Of a stretch of 59,418 bases of DNA, positions 45,366 to 55,580 are shown one piece after another. Source of the stretch: an uncultured Actinomycetes bacterium (GTDB lineage Bacteria > Chloroflexota > Dormibacteria > Dormibacterales > Dormibacteraceae). The notes beneath the pieces were generated by a model. It was given only the letters and a program-made list of their open reading frames with translations, had not been told where the DNA came from and made no database searches. The stretch covers positions 1-59,418 of the forward strand of contig CAYWTI010000247.1 in the NCBI GenBank assembly GCA_964461175.1. The letters are read 5' to 3'. A program made the translations under genes and the position numbers. The first letter of the stretch is position 1. Each line of letters opens with the position of its first letter.

Positions 45366-46568
45366 TCAGACCTTCGACATGAGATCCACCGCCGCCGCGA
45401 CGGAGCGGTTGTAGACCTCATCGTGGGTCCCGGTCGACAGGAGGTCGAGGAGCAGCGCCACCTCGTCCTCCGGTTCGAGCTGCTGGACGTGACGCAGCGG
45501 CTCCGCGTCGCCGATCTCGATCATCGTCAGGAGCACGCGATTGGTGTCCGCCCGCCGTCGCTCCATCTCCGGCGCAGCGCCGCCGCGCCGGCGCGCCGGG
45601 TCGTGCAGCACCGAGAGCCGAAACGACCGTCCCCGCGCCGCGCCGGCGACGCGCACGGCCGAGACCTCGCCGCTGACCCGATCCTGCTTCGGCACGGAAC
45701 GGAACTGCACATCGATGCTGCGGCCATGCGATTCGTAGACCGCCGCGACGACGCCGCCCGAGCCGGCCGTGGCGTGGCGCAGCCTCCATCCGAGCGCGGA
45801 CGCGATCCAGCCCGTCGCGAGGGCCGCCGCGATCCGGTTGCCGCGGCCCTCCCCGGCGTAGTCGATGCCCACCTCGGAGATGCCGGCGAGAAATGGCCGC
45901 CTGTCGGCCGGCGTGAAGAACTGGGCCACGCTCTCACGCCATGGCCGCAGCCGTGCCCACTGCAGGTCGGCGAGGCCAAGTCGGTGATGGGCCACCCGGA
46001 GCAGTCGCGACATGCCCTGAAAAGCGTGGTACGGCTCTTCGAAATGCGACGAGTCGACCACCAGGCCGTCGCACACGCCGAGCGCGTCGAACAGCTCGCG
46101 CCGGCCGAAGGGCGGCGTGCCCAGCCACCAGAGGTACGTCGGCACTCCGCTGACGAGCAGCGGGTCGAGCAGCGCGCCCAGGTGGTCGGCGGCGCGGCCG
46201 TGCACGTGCAGCGTGATCAGCTCGCACTCGACCGCGCACAGCGTCTCGGGCCGCTGCACGTCGGTCGAGATCCACGCGTCCAGGTGCTTGCCGCGGATCG
46301 TCGCTCCCTCGCGCACCACGATCGCCTGCGCGGGATGCTGCATGCCGATCGCCCTGGTCGTGCGCTTCGCGGTCTCCTCGTGCTTCTCGGTGGGCGCAAC
46401 GCCGACAAGCGTCATCACGCAGTTGCGCGGATGCAGGAGCTCGCTGTCCCCGGCCTCGGCGCGTGCGAACTTGTAGCGGATCGCGCTGACCGCGCTCAGC
46501 ACATCGCCGATGGTCACGCCCTCGCCGTGCCATACCGGTTCAACGCCGGCAGGCTGGGCCGTGCTCAT
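45366..46568 (-). CDS. opcA: Glucose-6-phosphate dehydrogenase assembly protein OpcA
   Basis: 400 aa from ATG 46568, which overlaps the zwf TGA (ATGA). LVSGVPTYLWWLG, ADLQWARLRPWRE, and its position after zwf. Confidence 0.88.
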   Translation of the reverse strand: MSTAQPAGVEPVWHGEGVTIGDVLSAVSAIRYKFARAEAGDSELLHPRNCVMTLVGVAPTEKHEETAKRTTRAIGMQHPAQAIVVREGATIRGKHLDAWISTDVQRPETLCAVECELITLHVHGRAADHLGALLDPLLVSGVPTYLWWLGTPPFGRRELFDALGVCDGLVVDSSHFEEPYHAFQGMSRLLRVAHHRLGLADLQWARLRPWRESVAQFFTPADRRPFLAGISEVGIDYAGEGRGNRIAAALATGWIASALGWRLRHATAGSGGVVAAVYESHGRSIDVQFRSVPKQDRVSGEVSAVRVAGAARGRSFRLSVLHDPARRRGGAAPEMERRRADTNRVLLTMIEIGDAEPLRHVQQLEPEDEVALLLDLLSTGTHDEVYNRSVAAAVDLMSKV

Positions 46569-48097
46569 GGCCGGTGCCACTCCCGGCCGTCCGCCTTCAG
46601 CAGCTGCGAGGCCTCGTCCGGTCCCCAGGTGCCCGACGCGTACAGCCCGAGCGGAGGCCGGCCCGACCGCCACGCCTCCTCGATCGGGTCGATCAGCTTC
46701 CAGGCCGCCTCGACCTCGTCCGCGCGCGTGAAGAGCGTCGGGTCGCCGATCATGCAGTCGAGCAGCAGCCGCTCATACGCCTCGGGCGCCTCGACCAGGA
46801 ACGAGGTCACGTACTGGAAGTCCATCGTCACGCTGCGGATGCGCAGCCCCGCGCTCGGCACCTTGGCGCCGAACTTGAGCGAGATGCCCTCCTCAGGCTG
46901 GATCCGGAGCGTGATGGCGTTGGGGTCGACCTCCTTCATGGCGTCGCGCCCGAACGTGAGATGCGGCGGCCGCTTGAACTGGATCCGGATCTCGGTCACG
47001 CGCTTGGGCAGACGCTTCCCGGCGCGGATGTAGAACGGCACGCCCGCCCAGCGCCAGTTGTCGACGAAAAGCCGAAGGGCGGCAAACGTCTCGGTCTGAG
47101 ATTCCGCCGCGACGTTCTTCTCTTCCCTGTATCCGGGCACCTGCTCGCCGAGAACCCAACCAGACGTGTACTGCCCCCGGACCGTCGATTGATCGATGTC
47201 CTCGCCGATCAGCGGCCGGATCGCGCGCAGCACCTTGACCTTCTCGTCGCGGACGGCGGTGGCTTCGAAAGCAAGCGGAGGCTCCATAGCGGTCAGCGTG
47301 ATCAGCTGCAGGCCATGGTTCTGGATGATGTCGCGCAGCGTCCCGGCCTTGTCGTAGTACGCGCCGCGGTTCTCGATCCCGATCTCCTCCGCGACCGTGA
47401 TCTGCACGTGGTCGATGAGGTTCGTGTTCCACACGGGCTCGAAGATCGAGTTCGCGAACCGGAAGGCGAGAATGTTCTGGACCGTCTCCTTGCCGAGGTA
47501 GTGATCGATGCGGTAGACCGAGTCCTCGGCGAACACCTTCTGCAGCGTCGCGGTCAGCTCGCGCGCCGACTGCAGGTCGCTGCCGAACGGCTTCTCGACG
47601 ACGATGCGGTGAAAGCCGTCGCCCTTGTTGAGGTTCGACGCCTGGAGCTGCATCGTGATCGTCTGGTACGTCGCCGGCGGCGTCGCGCAGTAGAAGATGC
47701 GGTTGCCCGGGATGTGGTTGCTCGCGTCCAGCTCCTGCAGCTTGGACGCCAGCGCCTTGAAATCGTCGAGCTTCGAGAAGTCGACCTTCACGTAGGCCAG
47801 CGTCGACAGGAATGCGCTCAGCACCCGCTCGTCGACCGGCTGCGTGCGTGAGAACTCGTGGATCTTCTCGGACGCGTGCTTGCGGAACTGGTCGTCGGTC
47901 AGCTGGTCCATCGCCGCGCCGACGACGGCGAAGCCGGCCGGCAGGGAGCGCTGCTTGGCGAGGTTGTAAAGCGCGGGCAGCAGCTTGCGGCCGCTGAGGT
48001 CGCCCGTCGCGCCGAAGATGACCATGACCGCCGGGTCGGCGACCCGGTAATCGTGAAGACCCTCGGCGAGCGGGTTGGGGGCCTGCTCGACCTTCAC
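46565..48097 (-). CDS. zwf: Glucose-6-phosphate 1-dehydrogenase
   Basis: 510 aa from GTG 48097, which overlaps the gnd TGA (GTGA). FGATGDLSGRKL, RIDHYLGKE and EKPFG. Confidence 0.95.
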   Translation of the reverse strand: MKVEQAPNPLAEGLHDYRVADPAVMVIFGATGDLSGRKLLPALYNLAKQRSLPAGFAVVGAAMDQLTDDQFRKHASEKIHEFSRTQPVDERVLSAFLSTLAYVKVDFSKLDDFKALASKLQELDASNHIPGNRIFYCATPPATYQTITMQLQASNLNKGDGFHRIVVEKPFGSDLQSARELTATLQKVFAEDSVYRIDHYLGKETVQNILAFRFANSIFEPVWNTNLIDHVQITVAEEIGIENRGAYYDKAGTLRDIIQNHGLQLITLTAMEPPLAFEATAVRDEKVKVLRAIRPLIGEDIDQSTVRGQYTSGWVLGEQVPGYREEKNVAAESQTETFAALRLFVDNWRWAGVPFYIRAGKRLPKRVTEIRIQFKRPPHLTFGRDAMKEVDPNAITLRIQPEEGISLKFGAKVPSAGLRIRSVTMDFQYVTSFLVEAPEAYERLLLDCMIGDPTLFTRADEVEAAWKLIDPIEEAWRSGRPPLGLYASGTWGPDEASQLLKADGREWHRP

Positions 48098-49020
48098 TTC
48101 TGCTCGGAGGCCGCGTCCTTCACGACCGCATGTCCGCCGAACTGGTTGCGCATCATGGCGAGCATGCGGTCGCCGAACGTGTTCTCCATGCGGCTGCGGA
48201 AGCGCGCGAAGAGCGACTCCGCTATCACCGGCGTTGGCACCGATTCGTCGATCGCAACCTCGACCGTCCACCGGCCCTCGCCCGTGTCCTCGACCCAGCC
48301 CTTGATGCCGCTGAGCTCCGGGTCCTCGGCGAGACCCCGGGAGATCAGGTCGAGCAGCCAGGAGCGCACCACGCTGCCCTCGCGCCAGGCCTCGGCGATG
48401 GCGCGCATGTCCATGCCCGGGAAGGACTTCGACAGCTTCATCACCTGGAAGCCCTCTGCGTACGCCTGCATCAGCCCGTACTCGACCCCGTTGTGGACCA
48501 TCTTCACGAAGTGCCCGGAGCCTTCAGGCCCGGTGTGGACGAGGCCGCCGGCGTCCGGCGCCAGGTCCTTGAGGATCGGAACGAGGTGCTGGTACACGTC
48601 CGGCTCGGCCCCGACCATCAGGCAGTAGCCGAACTCCAGGCCCCAGATTCCGCCCGACGTCCCTGCGTCGACGTAGCGCATGCCTTTGGCCTTGACCCGC
48701 GCGCAGTCCTCGAGCGCGATCTTCCAGTTGGTGTTGCCACCGTCGATGATGATGTCGCCCGGGTCGCCGAGCTCGACCAGCGTGTTGATCGCCTGCGTGG
48801 TCGGCTCCCCCGCCGGGACCATGATCCACATCACGCGCGGCCGGGACTGAAACTGCTTGACGAAGTCCTTCCAGTCGGTCGCCGGCACGGTTCCCTTGGC
48901 CGCGTACGACTGCACCGCCTGTGGCGAGAGGTCGAACCCGATGACGCGGTGGCCCTTCTTGAGCAGGCGGAGCGACATGTTGCCGCCCATGCGACCAAGG
49001 CCGATGAACCCGATCTCCAT
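48094..49020 (-). CDS. gnd: 6-phosphogluconate dehydrogenase (decarboxylating), short form
   Basis: 308 aa from ATG 49020. MEIGFIGLGRMGGNM, IIDGGN and HFVKMVHNGVEYGLMQAYAEG. Confidence 0.9.
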   Translation of the reverse strand: MEIGFIGLGRMGGNMSLRLLKKGHRVIGFDLSPQAVQSYAAKGTVPATDWKDFVKQFQSRPRVMWIMVPAGEPTTQAINTLVELGDPGDIIIDGGNTNWKIALEDCARVKAKGMRYVDAGTSGGIWGLEFGYCLMVGAEPDVYQHLVPILKDLAPDAGGLVHTGPEGSGHFVKMVHNGVEYGLMQAYAEGFQVMKLSKSFPGMDMRAIAEAWREGSVVRSWLLDLISRGLAEDPELSGIKGWVEDTGEGRWTVEVAIDESVPTPVIAESLFARFRSRMENTFGDRMLAMMRNQFGGHAVVKDAASEQK

Positions 49021-49022
49021 GG

Positions 49023-51812
49023 CTACCGGACCGCCCCGCGGACGGCTGCGGCCAGCGCCTTCCACCCGGTCGCCGGCGTCTTGCCGAGCGTGACGCGGAG
49101 GACGGGAAGCCGCCGCGACGTCAGCGATTGCAGGTCGCCGATCGACTGCGCCTGCTTCAGGATCGAGAAGCTGTAAGGCTGGCCGGGGATCGGCACATCC
49201 TTGGCGTCGTCCTGGACGATCTGCAGGAACAGTCCGGTCTTCGGACCGCCCTTGTGCAGCTGGCCGGTCGAATGCAGGAAGCGCGGCCCGTAGCCCGACG
49301 TGGTCGCGATCTTCGTCCTGTCCCGCACCGCCGTGCGGATCGCGGCGATGGCGGCCTCCGACTGCGGCGTCCGCGTCGTATAGGCCATGATCGCGAAGTA
49401 GGCGCCGCGCTTGGCCTTGCCGAGCAGCGCCTTGACGCCGGCCTTCGCCTTCGCCGCGGCGATCGCTTCTGCCGGCGGCAGCGCGCCCTTGCTCTTGAAG
49501 GTCGCGAGCACCTTCCTGGTGTTGTCCTTCGACTCCTGGACGTTCGGTTGGTCGAACGCGTCGATGCCCAGGATCGAGCCGGCGATCGCGGTTGCAACCT
49601 CCCAGCGGAAGAACTCGCCGCCGAGGTCGAGCTTGTCGCGAAGCGTGAGCGTGACGACCGGATGGCCGTACTTCTCGAGCGCCTGGACCGCCTTGTTCGG
49701 CGGGTCGGCGTCCATGCGTATGTACACGAACAGGCGATCGTCACCGTAGACGGCCGGCTTGCCCACCGGCTCGCCCTCGATGGGCACGAGACCCTTGCCC
49801 TGCTTGCCGGTGCTCTCTGCGAGCAGCTGCTCCACCCAGTAGCCGAACGTCGCCACCTTCGGCGACGTGATGAGCGTGACCTTGTTGCGACCCTGCGCGG
49901 CGAGGCGGCCCATGACGGCGCCGAGCCACACACCGGGATTCTTCTCCGCCTCGACCGAGTCGGCGCACGAATGCTCCATCTCGACCGCGCGCTCGAGCAG
50001 CTCGGCGACGTCGACGCCCATGAGCGCGCCGGGCACGAGCCCGAAGTACGAGAGCGCCGAGTAGCGGCCGCCGATGTCAGGTGGGTTGGAGAACACCCAG
50101 CGGAACCCGCTTTCGCGGGCGAGCTTCTCGAGCGAGGTTCCGGGGTCGGTGATGGCGGCGAACTGCTTGCCGTTGCGTTTCGCCTGGGCGAAGAAGTACG
50201 CGAAGTGGGACAGCGTCTCGGTCGTCTCACCCGACTTCGAGGCGACAACGAACAGGGTCTTCGGAAGCGTGATGCGCGAGCGGACGCTCAGGATCGTCGC
50301 CGGGTCGGTGGTGTCGAGAACGTGCATACGCGGATGGCCCTTCACGGTCGGCCCGAACGTGTTGCGCAGGACGTCGGGGCATAGGCTCGAGCCGCCCATG
50401 CCGAGAAGCACGACGTCGGTGAACTTGCGACCCGCGGCCGCGAGCTCGCGCAGCTCGCCGATCTGCTCGTGCATCTTGTCGGCGACGTCGAGCCAGCCGA
50501 GCCGGTCCCGGATCTCCGGGCGCTTGGCCGGATCGGCGCTCCAGAGCGTCGAGTCCTTGGCCCACAGCCGCCGCGGAGCATCGTCCTTCTGCAGCTTCGC
50601 GAGCTGCGCGTCGACCGCCGGCTGGAGCGCGCCGAGGCTGTGCCACTGGCGCGGACCTTTGCCCGCGCGGATGTCTTTGGCGGCCTTGGTCAAGGTCTGC
50701 AGCAGCGAATCGAAGGACTTCGTGAACGCTTCGACTCCCTCGATCTCCAGCTCATGCGTCACCTGGTCGAGGTCCACGCCCGCGTCCGCCAGCTGCCGGA
50801 GCTGGCGCCGGGCGGCGTCGAGGTTCTCGTCCAGGCTGCGCCGCACCTCGCCGTGCTCGCGGAAAGCCGCGAGCGTGGCGGGCGGGATCGTGTCCACGGT
50901 GTCGGGTCCGATCAGCTCCTCGACGTAGTACGTGTCGGGATAGCGCGGGTCCTTCGTGGACGTGCTCGCCCACAGGCAGCGCTGCGTGTGCGCGCCGTCC
51001 TTCTTGAGCCGCTCCCACCGCGGACCGCTGAAGAGCTCCTTCCAGCGCTCGTACGCCATCTTGGAGTTGGCGATCGCGGCCTTGCCGTAGAGGTGCTCGA
51101 GCGCGCGCTTCTCGCGCGGGTCGCTCGTCGCGTTGATCTTGTCGGCCAGGATCTTGTCGGTCTTGGTGTCGACGCGGCTGACGAAGAAGCTGGCCACGCT
51201 CGCGACCTTGCTCAGGTCTCCCCCGCGCTTCTGGAGACTCTCCAGGCCGGAGAGGAACGCCTCCACGACCTCGGCGTAACGGTCGACCGAGAAGATGAGC
51301 GTGATGTTGATGTTGTTGCCCTTCGAGATCTGGTCTTCGATCGCGGGGAGGCCTTCTTTGGTCGCCGGGATCTTGACCATCACGTTGGGTCGTGCGCACC
51401 GGTCGTGCAGGTATTCGGCGAACTTGATGGTCTCGCGCGTGCTGTTCGCGATCGTCGGCCCGACCTCGATGCTGACGAACCCGTCCTTGCCTTTGGTCCG
51501 GTCGTAGACCGGGCGGAAGACGTCGGCGGCGGCCTGGACGTCTTCGACCATCAGGCCCCACAGCATGTCCTCGGGCTTCTTCTTCGCCCGGACGAGCTCC
51601 ACCATCGCTTCGTCGTAGTCGGTCGAGCCGCTGACGGCCTTGTCGAAGATGGTCGGGTTCGACGTGACACCGGTCAGGCCCTCGTCGCGCAGCCGCGCGA
51701 GCTCCCCGGACGTGATGAGCTGGCGCCGGATGTTGTCGAGCCAGAGCGACTGCCCCTGCTCTCGCAGCTCCTTGATCGCGGTCGACTTGCGGGGCGCGGT
51801 GACCGCGCTCAC
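49023..51812 (-). CDS. Bifunctional transaldolase / glucose-6-phosphate isomerase
   Basis: 929 aa. The N-terminal ~360 aa are transaldolase (SLWLDNIRR, TSNPTIF, FVSIEV, MVKIPAT). The C-terminal part is a PGI/SIS domain (LLGMGGSSLCP, ASKSGETTET). GTG 51812 overlaps the tkt TGA (GTGA). Confidence 0.9.
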   Translation of the reverse strand: MSAVTAPRKSTAIKELREQGQSLWLDNIRRQLITSGELARLRDEGLTGVTSNPTIFDKAVSGSTDYDEAMVELVRAKKKPEDMLWGLMVEDVQAAADVFRPVYDRTKGKDGFVSIEVGPTIANSTRETIKFAEYLHDRCARPNVMVKIPATKEGLPAIEDQISKGNNINITLIFSVDRYAEVVEAFLSGLESLQKRGGDLSKVASVASFFVSRVDTKTDKILADKINATSDPREKRALEHLYGKAAIANSKMAYERWKELFSGPRWERLKKDGAHTQRCLWASTSTKDPRYPDTYYVEELIGPDTVDTIPPATLAAFREHGEVRRSLDENLDAARRQLRQLADAGVDLDQVTHELEIEGVEAFTKSFDSLLQTLTKAAKDIRAGKGPRQWHSLGALQPAVDAQLAKLQKDDAPRRLWAKDSTLWSADPAKRPEIRDRLGWLDVADKMHEQIGELRELAAAGRKFTDVVLLGMGGSSLCPDVLRNTFGPTVKGHPRMHVLDTTDPATILSVRSRITLPKTLFVVASKSGETTETLSHFAYFFAQAKRNGKQFAAITDPGTSLEKLARESGFRWVFSNPPDIGGRYSALSYFGLVPGALMGVDVAELLERAVEMEHSCADSVEAEKNPGVWLGAVMGRLAAQGRNKVTLITSPKVATFGYWVEQLLAESTGKQGKGLVPIEGEPVGKPAVYGDDRLFVYIRMDADPPNKAVQALEKYGHPVVTLTLRDKLDLGGEFFRWEVATAIAGSILGIDAFDQPNVQESKDNTRKVLATFKSKGALPPAEAIAAAKAKAGVKALLGKAKRGAYFAIMAYTTRTPQSEAAIAAIRTAVRDRTKIATTSGYGPRFLHSTGQLHKGGPKTGLFLQIVQDDAKDVPIPGQPYSFSILKQAQSIGDLQSLTSRRLPVLRVTLGKTPATGWKALAAAVRGAVR

Positions 51813-53683
51813 TTCGACGCCACCAGCTTCGCCGCCGCCGCGACGATGTGACGGCTCGAGATCCCCGCCGCGTTCATCAGCTCCTCGGGCTTGCCTGACG
51901 TCGGCAGGCCCTTCACCGCCAGGTGGGCCAGCTTGATCGGCGGGTCCATTGCGAGCGCCTCGAGCACGGCGGCACCGAGGCCGCCCTGCGGGTAGTGGTC
52001 CTCGACGATGACGAAGCGGCCCTTCGTGGCGCGCGCAGCCTCACGCAGCGTGCGCACGTCGACGGGTTTGACCGAGTAGAGGTCGATGACGCGCGCCGCG
52101 ATCTTCTTCGCCGCGAGCGCGTCGGCCGCGGCGAGGCACTGGTGCAGCGTGACGCCGGCGCCGATGAGCGTCACCTTGTCCTTCGCGCTCTGGCGGACGA
52201 CCTTCGAGCCGCCGACCCTGAATGACTCGTTGGGGCCGTAGAGCGTCGGGTACGCGCCCCGCGTCGTACGCATGAAGACGATGCCGTCGGTCTCGGCCAT
52301 GATCCGCGTCAGCTTCGCCGTCTGGTTGGGGTCCGAGGGGTAGAGCACCGTGGAGCCTTCGATCGCGCGCATCGACGCGAGGTCCTCCAGCGCCATCTGC
52401 GACGGGCCGTCCTGGCCGATCTCGACACCCGCGTGGGAGCCGGTCAGCCGGATGTTCGCGCGCGAGATCGCCGCCATGCGGACGAAGTCGTAGGCGCGGC
52501 TGAAGAACGCCGCGAAGGTCGAGGCAAACGGCTTGTAGCCGCGCACGCTCATGCCGACGGCGGTGGCGACCAGCTGCTGCTCGGCGATGTAGATCTCGAA
52601 GAAACGGTCCGGGTGCGCCTTGGCGAACTCGTCGGAGTGGGTCGAATTCGAGACCTCGCCGTCCATCGCCACCACCTCGGGGATGGACGCGAGCGCGACG
52701 AGCGCGTCGCCGTAAGCCTTGCGCGTGGCGACCTTGTCTTCCTTCTTGTACGTCGGCAGCACCGGCTCCGATGCAGCCGCGCGCTTCGGAGCAGCGGCCC
52801 GCTCGGGCTTCTGCGTCTTGACCTTGAGGTTGCGGATACCACCCAGCTCTTTGATCGCGCGCTCGGCCATATCGGGCGGTAGAGCCTTGCCGTGCCAGCC
52901 GTCCTTGTTCTCGATCTCGGAGAAGCCCTTGCCCTTGATCGTGCGGGCGATGATCACCGAGGGACGATCGGCGTTGGAAAGCGCCTCTCCGTACGCCCGA
53001 TCGATCGCCGCCAGGTCATGGCCGTCGATGACGATGGGGTAGCAGCCGAAGGCTTCGACGCGCCGGCGGTAGGCGTCGAGGTTCCACCCGAACTCGGTCT
53101 CGCCGCGCTGGCCCAGCCGGTTGACGTCCCAGATCGCGGTCAGGTTCGAAAGCTTGTAGAAGGACGCCTTGTCCAGCGCCTCCCAGATCGAGCCTTCGGC
53201 GAGCTCCGAGTCGCCGCACAGCACCCACACGTGGTACGGCAGCCGGTCCAGGAGCTTGCCCGCCATGGCCACGCCGACGCCTATGGGCAGGCCCTGGCCC
53301 AGCGAGCCGGTGGCGACGTCGACCCAGGGGATGGCCGGCGTCGGATGCCCCTCCAGCCGCGAGCCGAACTTGCGGAAGGTCATGAGCTCATGGTCCGAGA
53401 TCGCGCCCACCGCCTTGAACATCGCGTAGCAGAGCGGCGAGGCGTGGCCCTTGGAGTAGATCAGGTGGTCGTTGTTCGGGTCCTTGGGCCTGCTCCAGTC
53501 GTACTGGAGGTACTTGGCGATGAGCACGGCGATGAGGTCGGCGGCCGACATCGACGAGGTCGGATGGCCGGAACCCGCGGCGGTACTGCAGCGGATGGAG
53601 TCGACCCGGAGCTGCTGGCCGAGGTCGCGGATGAAGTCGATGTCCGTAGATGCGGCTGCCTTCTCGGTGACGGCCATTGGCAA
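51809..53683 (-). CDS. tkt: Transketolase
   Basis: 624 aa. GSGHPTSS, SKGHASP, GSLGQGL, CGDSELAEGS and the C-terminal transketolase domains. Confidence 0.95.
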   Translation of the reverse strand: MPMAVTEKAAASTDIDFIRDLGQQLRVDSIRCSTAAGSGHPTSSMSAADLIAVLIAKYLQYDWSRPKDPNNDHLIYSKGHASPLCYAMFKAVGAISDHELMTFRKFGSRLEGHPTPAIPWVDVATGSLGQGLPIGVGVAMAGKLLDRLPYHVWVLCGDSELAEGSIWEALDKASFYKLSNLTAIWDVNRLGQRGETEFGWNLDAYRRRVEAFGCYPIVIDGHDLAAIDRAYGEALSNADRPSVIIARTIKGKGFSEIENKDGWHGKALPPDMAERAIKELGGIRNLKVKTQKPERAAAPKRAAASEPVLPTYKKEDKVATRKAYGDALVALASIPEVVAMDGEVSNSTHSDEFAKAHPDRFFEIYIAEQQLVATAVGMSVRGYKPFASTFAAFFSRAYDFVRMAAISRANIRLTGSHAGVEIGQDGPSQMALEDLASMRAIEGSTVLYPSDPNQTAKLTRIMAETDGIVFMRTTRGAYPTLYGPNESFRVGGSKVVRQSAKDKVTLIGAGVTLHQCLAAADALAAKKIAARVIDLYSVKPVDVRTLREAARATKGRFVIVEDHYPQGGLGAAVLEALAMDPPIKLAHLAVKGLPTSGKPEELMNAAGISSRHIVAAAAKLVASK

Positions 53684-53790
53684 CTCCCCTGCGCACGAAG
53701 ACGTGCGGATTAACGGGTGTCGGTGAATCTACCTAGAAGTTTATCGAGCGTCGGCGAACCGCTTTGCCCGCGTGCGCGGGCGGATGCCGG

Positions 53791-55575
53791 TCAGCCGGCC
53801 AGGCGCTCGACCTCGGCGACCATCCCGTCGAGGATCGTCAGCCCCGCGTCCCAGAACTTCGGGTCGGTGATGTCCATGCCGATGCGCTTGACGAGCTCGT
53901 CCGGCCGGGTCGATCCACCTGCGCCGAGAAAGTCGAGGTACTTGTCGACGAACGACGGCCCGACCTCCAGGTAGCGGTGGTAGACGGACAGGGCGAGCAG
54001 GTTCCCGAACGCGTAGGCGTAGACGTAGCCCGGCGTGTGGATGAAGTGCCCGACGTAGCTCCACCACACCTTGTGCTCGTCGGTGAGCGTCAGCGCGTCG
54101 CCGAACATCGCCTGGAGCTTGTCCTGGAAGATGTCGCCGAGCTCCTCGATCGACAGCTCGCCCTGCGTCCGGCGGGCGTTGTGGCTCGCGTCCTCGTAGC
54201 GGTTGAAGGCGACCTGCCGGAACACCGTCGAGAACACGTCCTCGCACTGGTTGCACAGCATCGCGAGGCGCACGCGAGGGTCCTTCTCCTCGGTCATGAT
54301 CCGGTCGAACGTCAGCGCCTCGCCGAACACCGACGCAGTCTCGGCCAGCGTCAGCGGCGGGTGGTAGTCGAAGACGTGCTGCTTCGAGGCCAGGCGATCG
54401 TGCAGGCCGTGACCCAGCTCGTGCGCCAGCGTCAGAGCGTCGCGCAGCTTGCCGGTGAAGTTCATGAGCACGTAGGGGTGGTGGTGCGGCGTGACCGGCA
54501 TGCAGTACGCGCCGCCGTGCTTGCCGGGCGCAATGGGCGCGTCGATCCAGCTGTCGTCGAAGAACTGCTGGACGAGCTGGCCGGCCCGCGGCGAGAAGCG
54601 GCTGTAGGAGCCGAGGACGAGGTCGCGCGCCTCCTCCCAGCTCAGGTTGCGCGTCGACTCGTCGATGGGCGCGTAGCGGTCCCACTCGTGGAGCTCGCCG
54701 ACGCCGAGCAGCTTGCGCTTGACGCGGTAGTAGCGGACGCAGATCTCGTACCGGCTCGTGACCGCGTCGACGAGCGCCTGGACGGCCTCGTCCGACGTCT
54801 CGTTCGCAAGGTTGCGCGAGCTGATCCAGGAAGGGAAGTGACGCACGCGGTCGTCGATCGCCTTCTCCTGGAGGATGACGTTGAAGATGTATCCGCGCGT
54901 GCGGATGTCTCCGCGCAGCGCCTCGGTGATCGCCCCGCTCGCTTTGCGACGCACCTCGCGGTCCGGCTCGCGGAGCAGGTTCAACGCCTGGTCGAGCGGC
55001 ATCTGCTCGCCATCGACACCCACGCGGATCCGCGCGCACAGCTCTTCGAAGAGCCGCACCCACGACGGCGTGCCGACCGGGCTGAAGTCGGTGAGGATCC
55101 GCTCCTCCGGCTCGGACAGCTGGTGCGGCCGGAACTTGCGCGCCTCCTCGACGGTGTGCCGGTACTTCGCCGACTCCGGATCGGCGTAGAGCCGCGCCGC
55201 CTGGGCGTCGTCGATCTGCGCCAGCTCGAGGGCGAAGAAGACCATGTGGATCCCGCGCTCCGCCGCGGCTTCACGCACGCGCGCGAGAAGGCGGCCGGCC
55301 GCGTGATCCTGCGTGTCCTGGCTGTGCAGCAGGTAGGCGTAGACCTCCGGGCGCGCGGCGGCCTCCTCATGCTCTGCGAGCTCGGCCATCATCGCCGCGA
55401 AGGGACCGGGCGCGAGCGTCGCGACCTTGCCCTTGTACTCCGACTCCAGCGTCATCGCGCGCTCGAGCTCCTGCGACAGCGTGACCTCGATCTGCGGGTC
55501 GTCAGGTCCCGAATAGAGATCGCTGAGGTTCCAGCGAACCTTCTCCGCGCCCGTCGAAATCGCTGCTTGGGCCAT
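53791..55575 (-). CDS. pepF: Oligoendopeptidase F (M3B family)
   Basis: 594 aa. Zinc motif HELGHGLH plus a downstream E, and typical M3B length. Confidence 0.9.
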   Translation of the reverse strand: MAQAAISTGAEKVRWNLSDLYSGPDDPQIEVTLSQELERAMTLESEYKGKVATLAPGPFAAMMAELAEHEEAAARPEVYAYLLHSQDTQDHAAGRLLARVREAAAERGIHMVFFALELAQIDDAQAARLYADPESAKYRHTVEEARKFRPHQLSEPEERILTDFSPVGTPSWVRLFEELCARIRVGVDGEQMPLDQALNLLREPDREVRRKASGAITEALRGDIRTRGYIFNVILQEKAIDDRVRHFPSWISSRNLANETSDEAVQALVDAVTSRYEICVRYYRVKRKLLGVGELHEWDRYAPIDESTRNLSWEEARDLVLGSYSRFSPRAGQLVQQFFDDSWIDAPIAPGKHGGAYCMPVTPHHHPYVLMNFTGKLRDALTLAHELGHGLHDRLASKQHVFDYHPPLTLAETASVFGEALTFDRIMTEEKDPRVRLAMLCNQCEDVFSTVFRQVAFNRYEDASHNARRTQGELSIEELGDIFQDKLQAMFGDALTLTDEHKVWWSYVGHFIHTPGYVYAYAFGNLLALSVYHRYLEVGPSFVDKYLDFLGAGGSTRPDELVKRIGMDITDPKFWDAGLTILDGMVAEVERLAG

Positions 55576-55580
55576 CGGCC

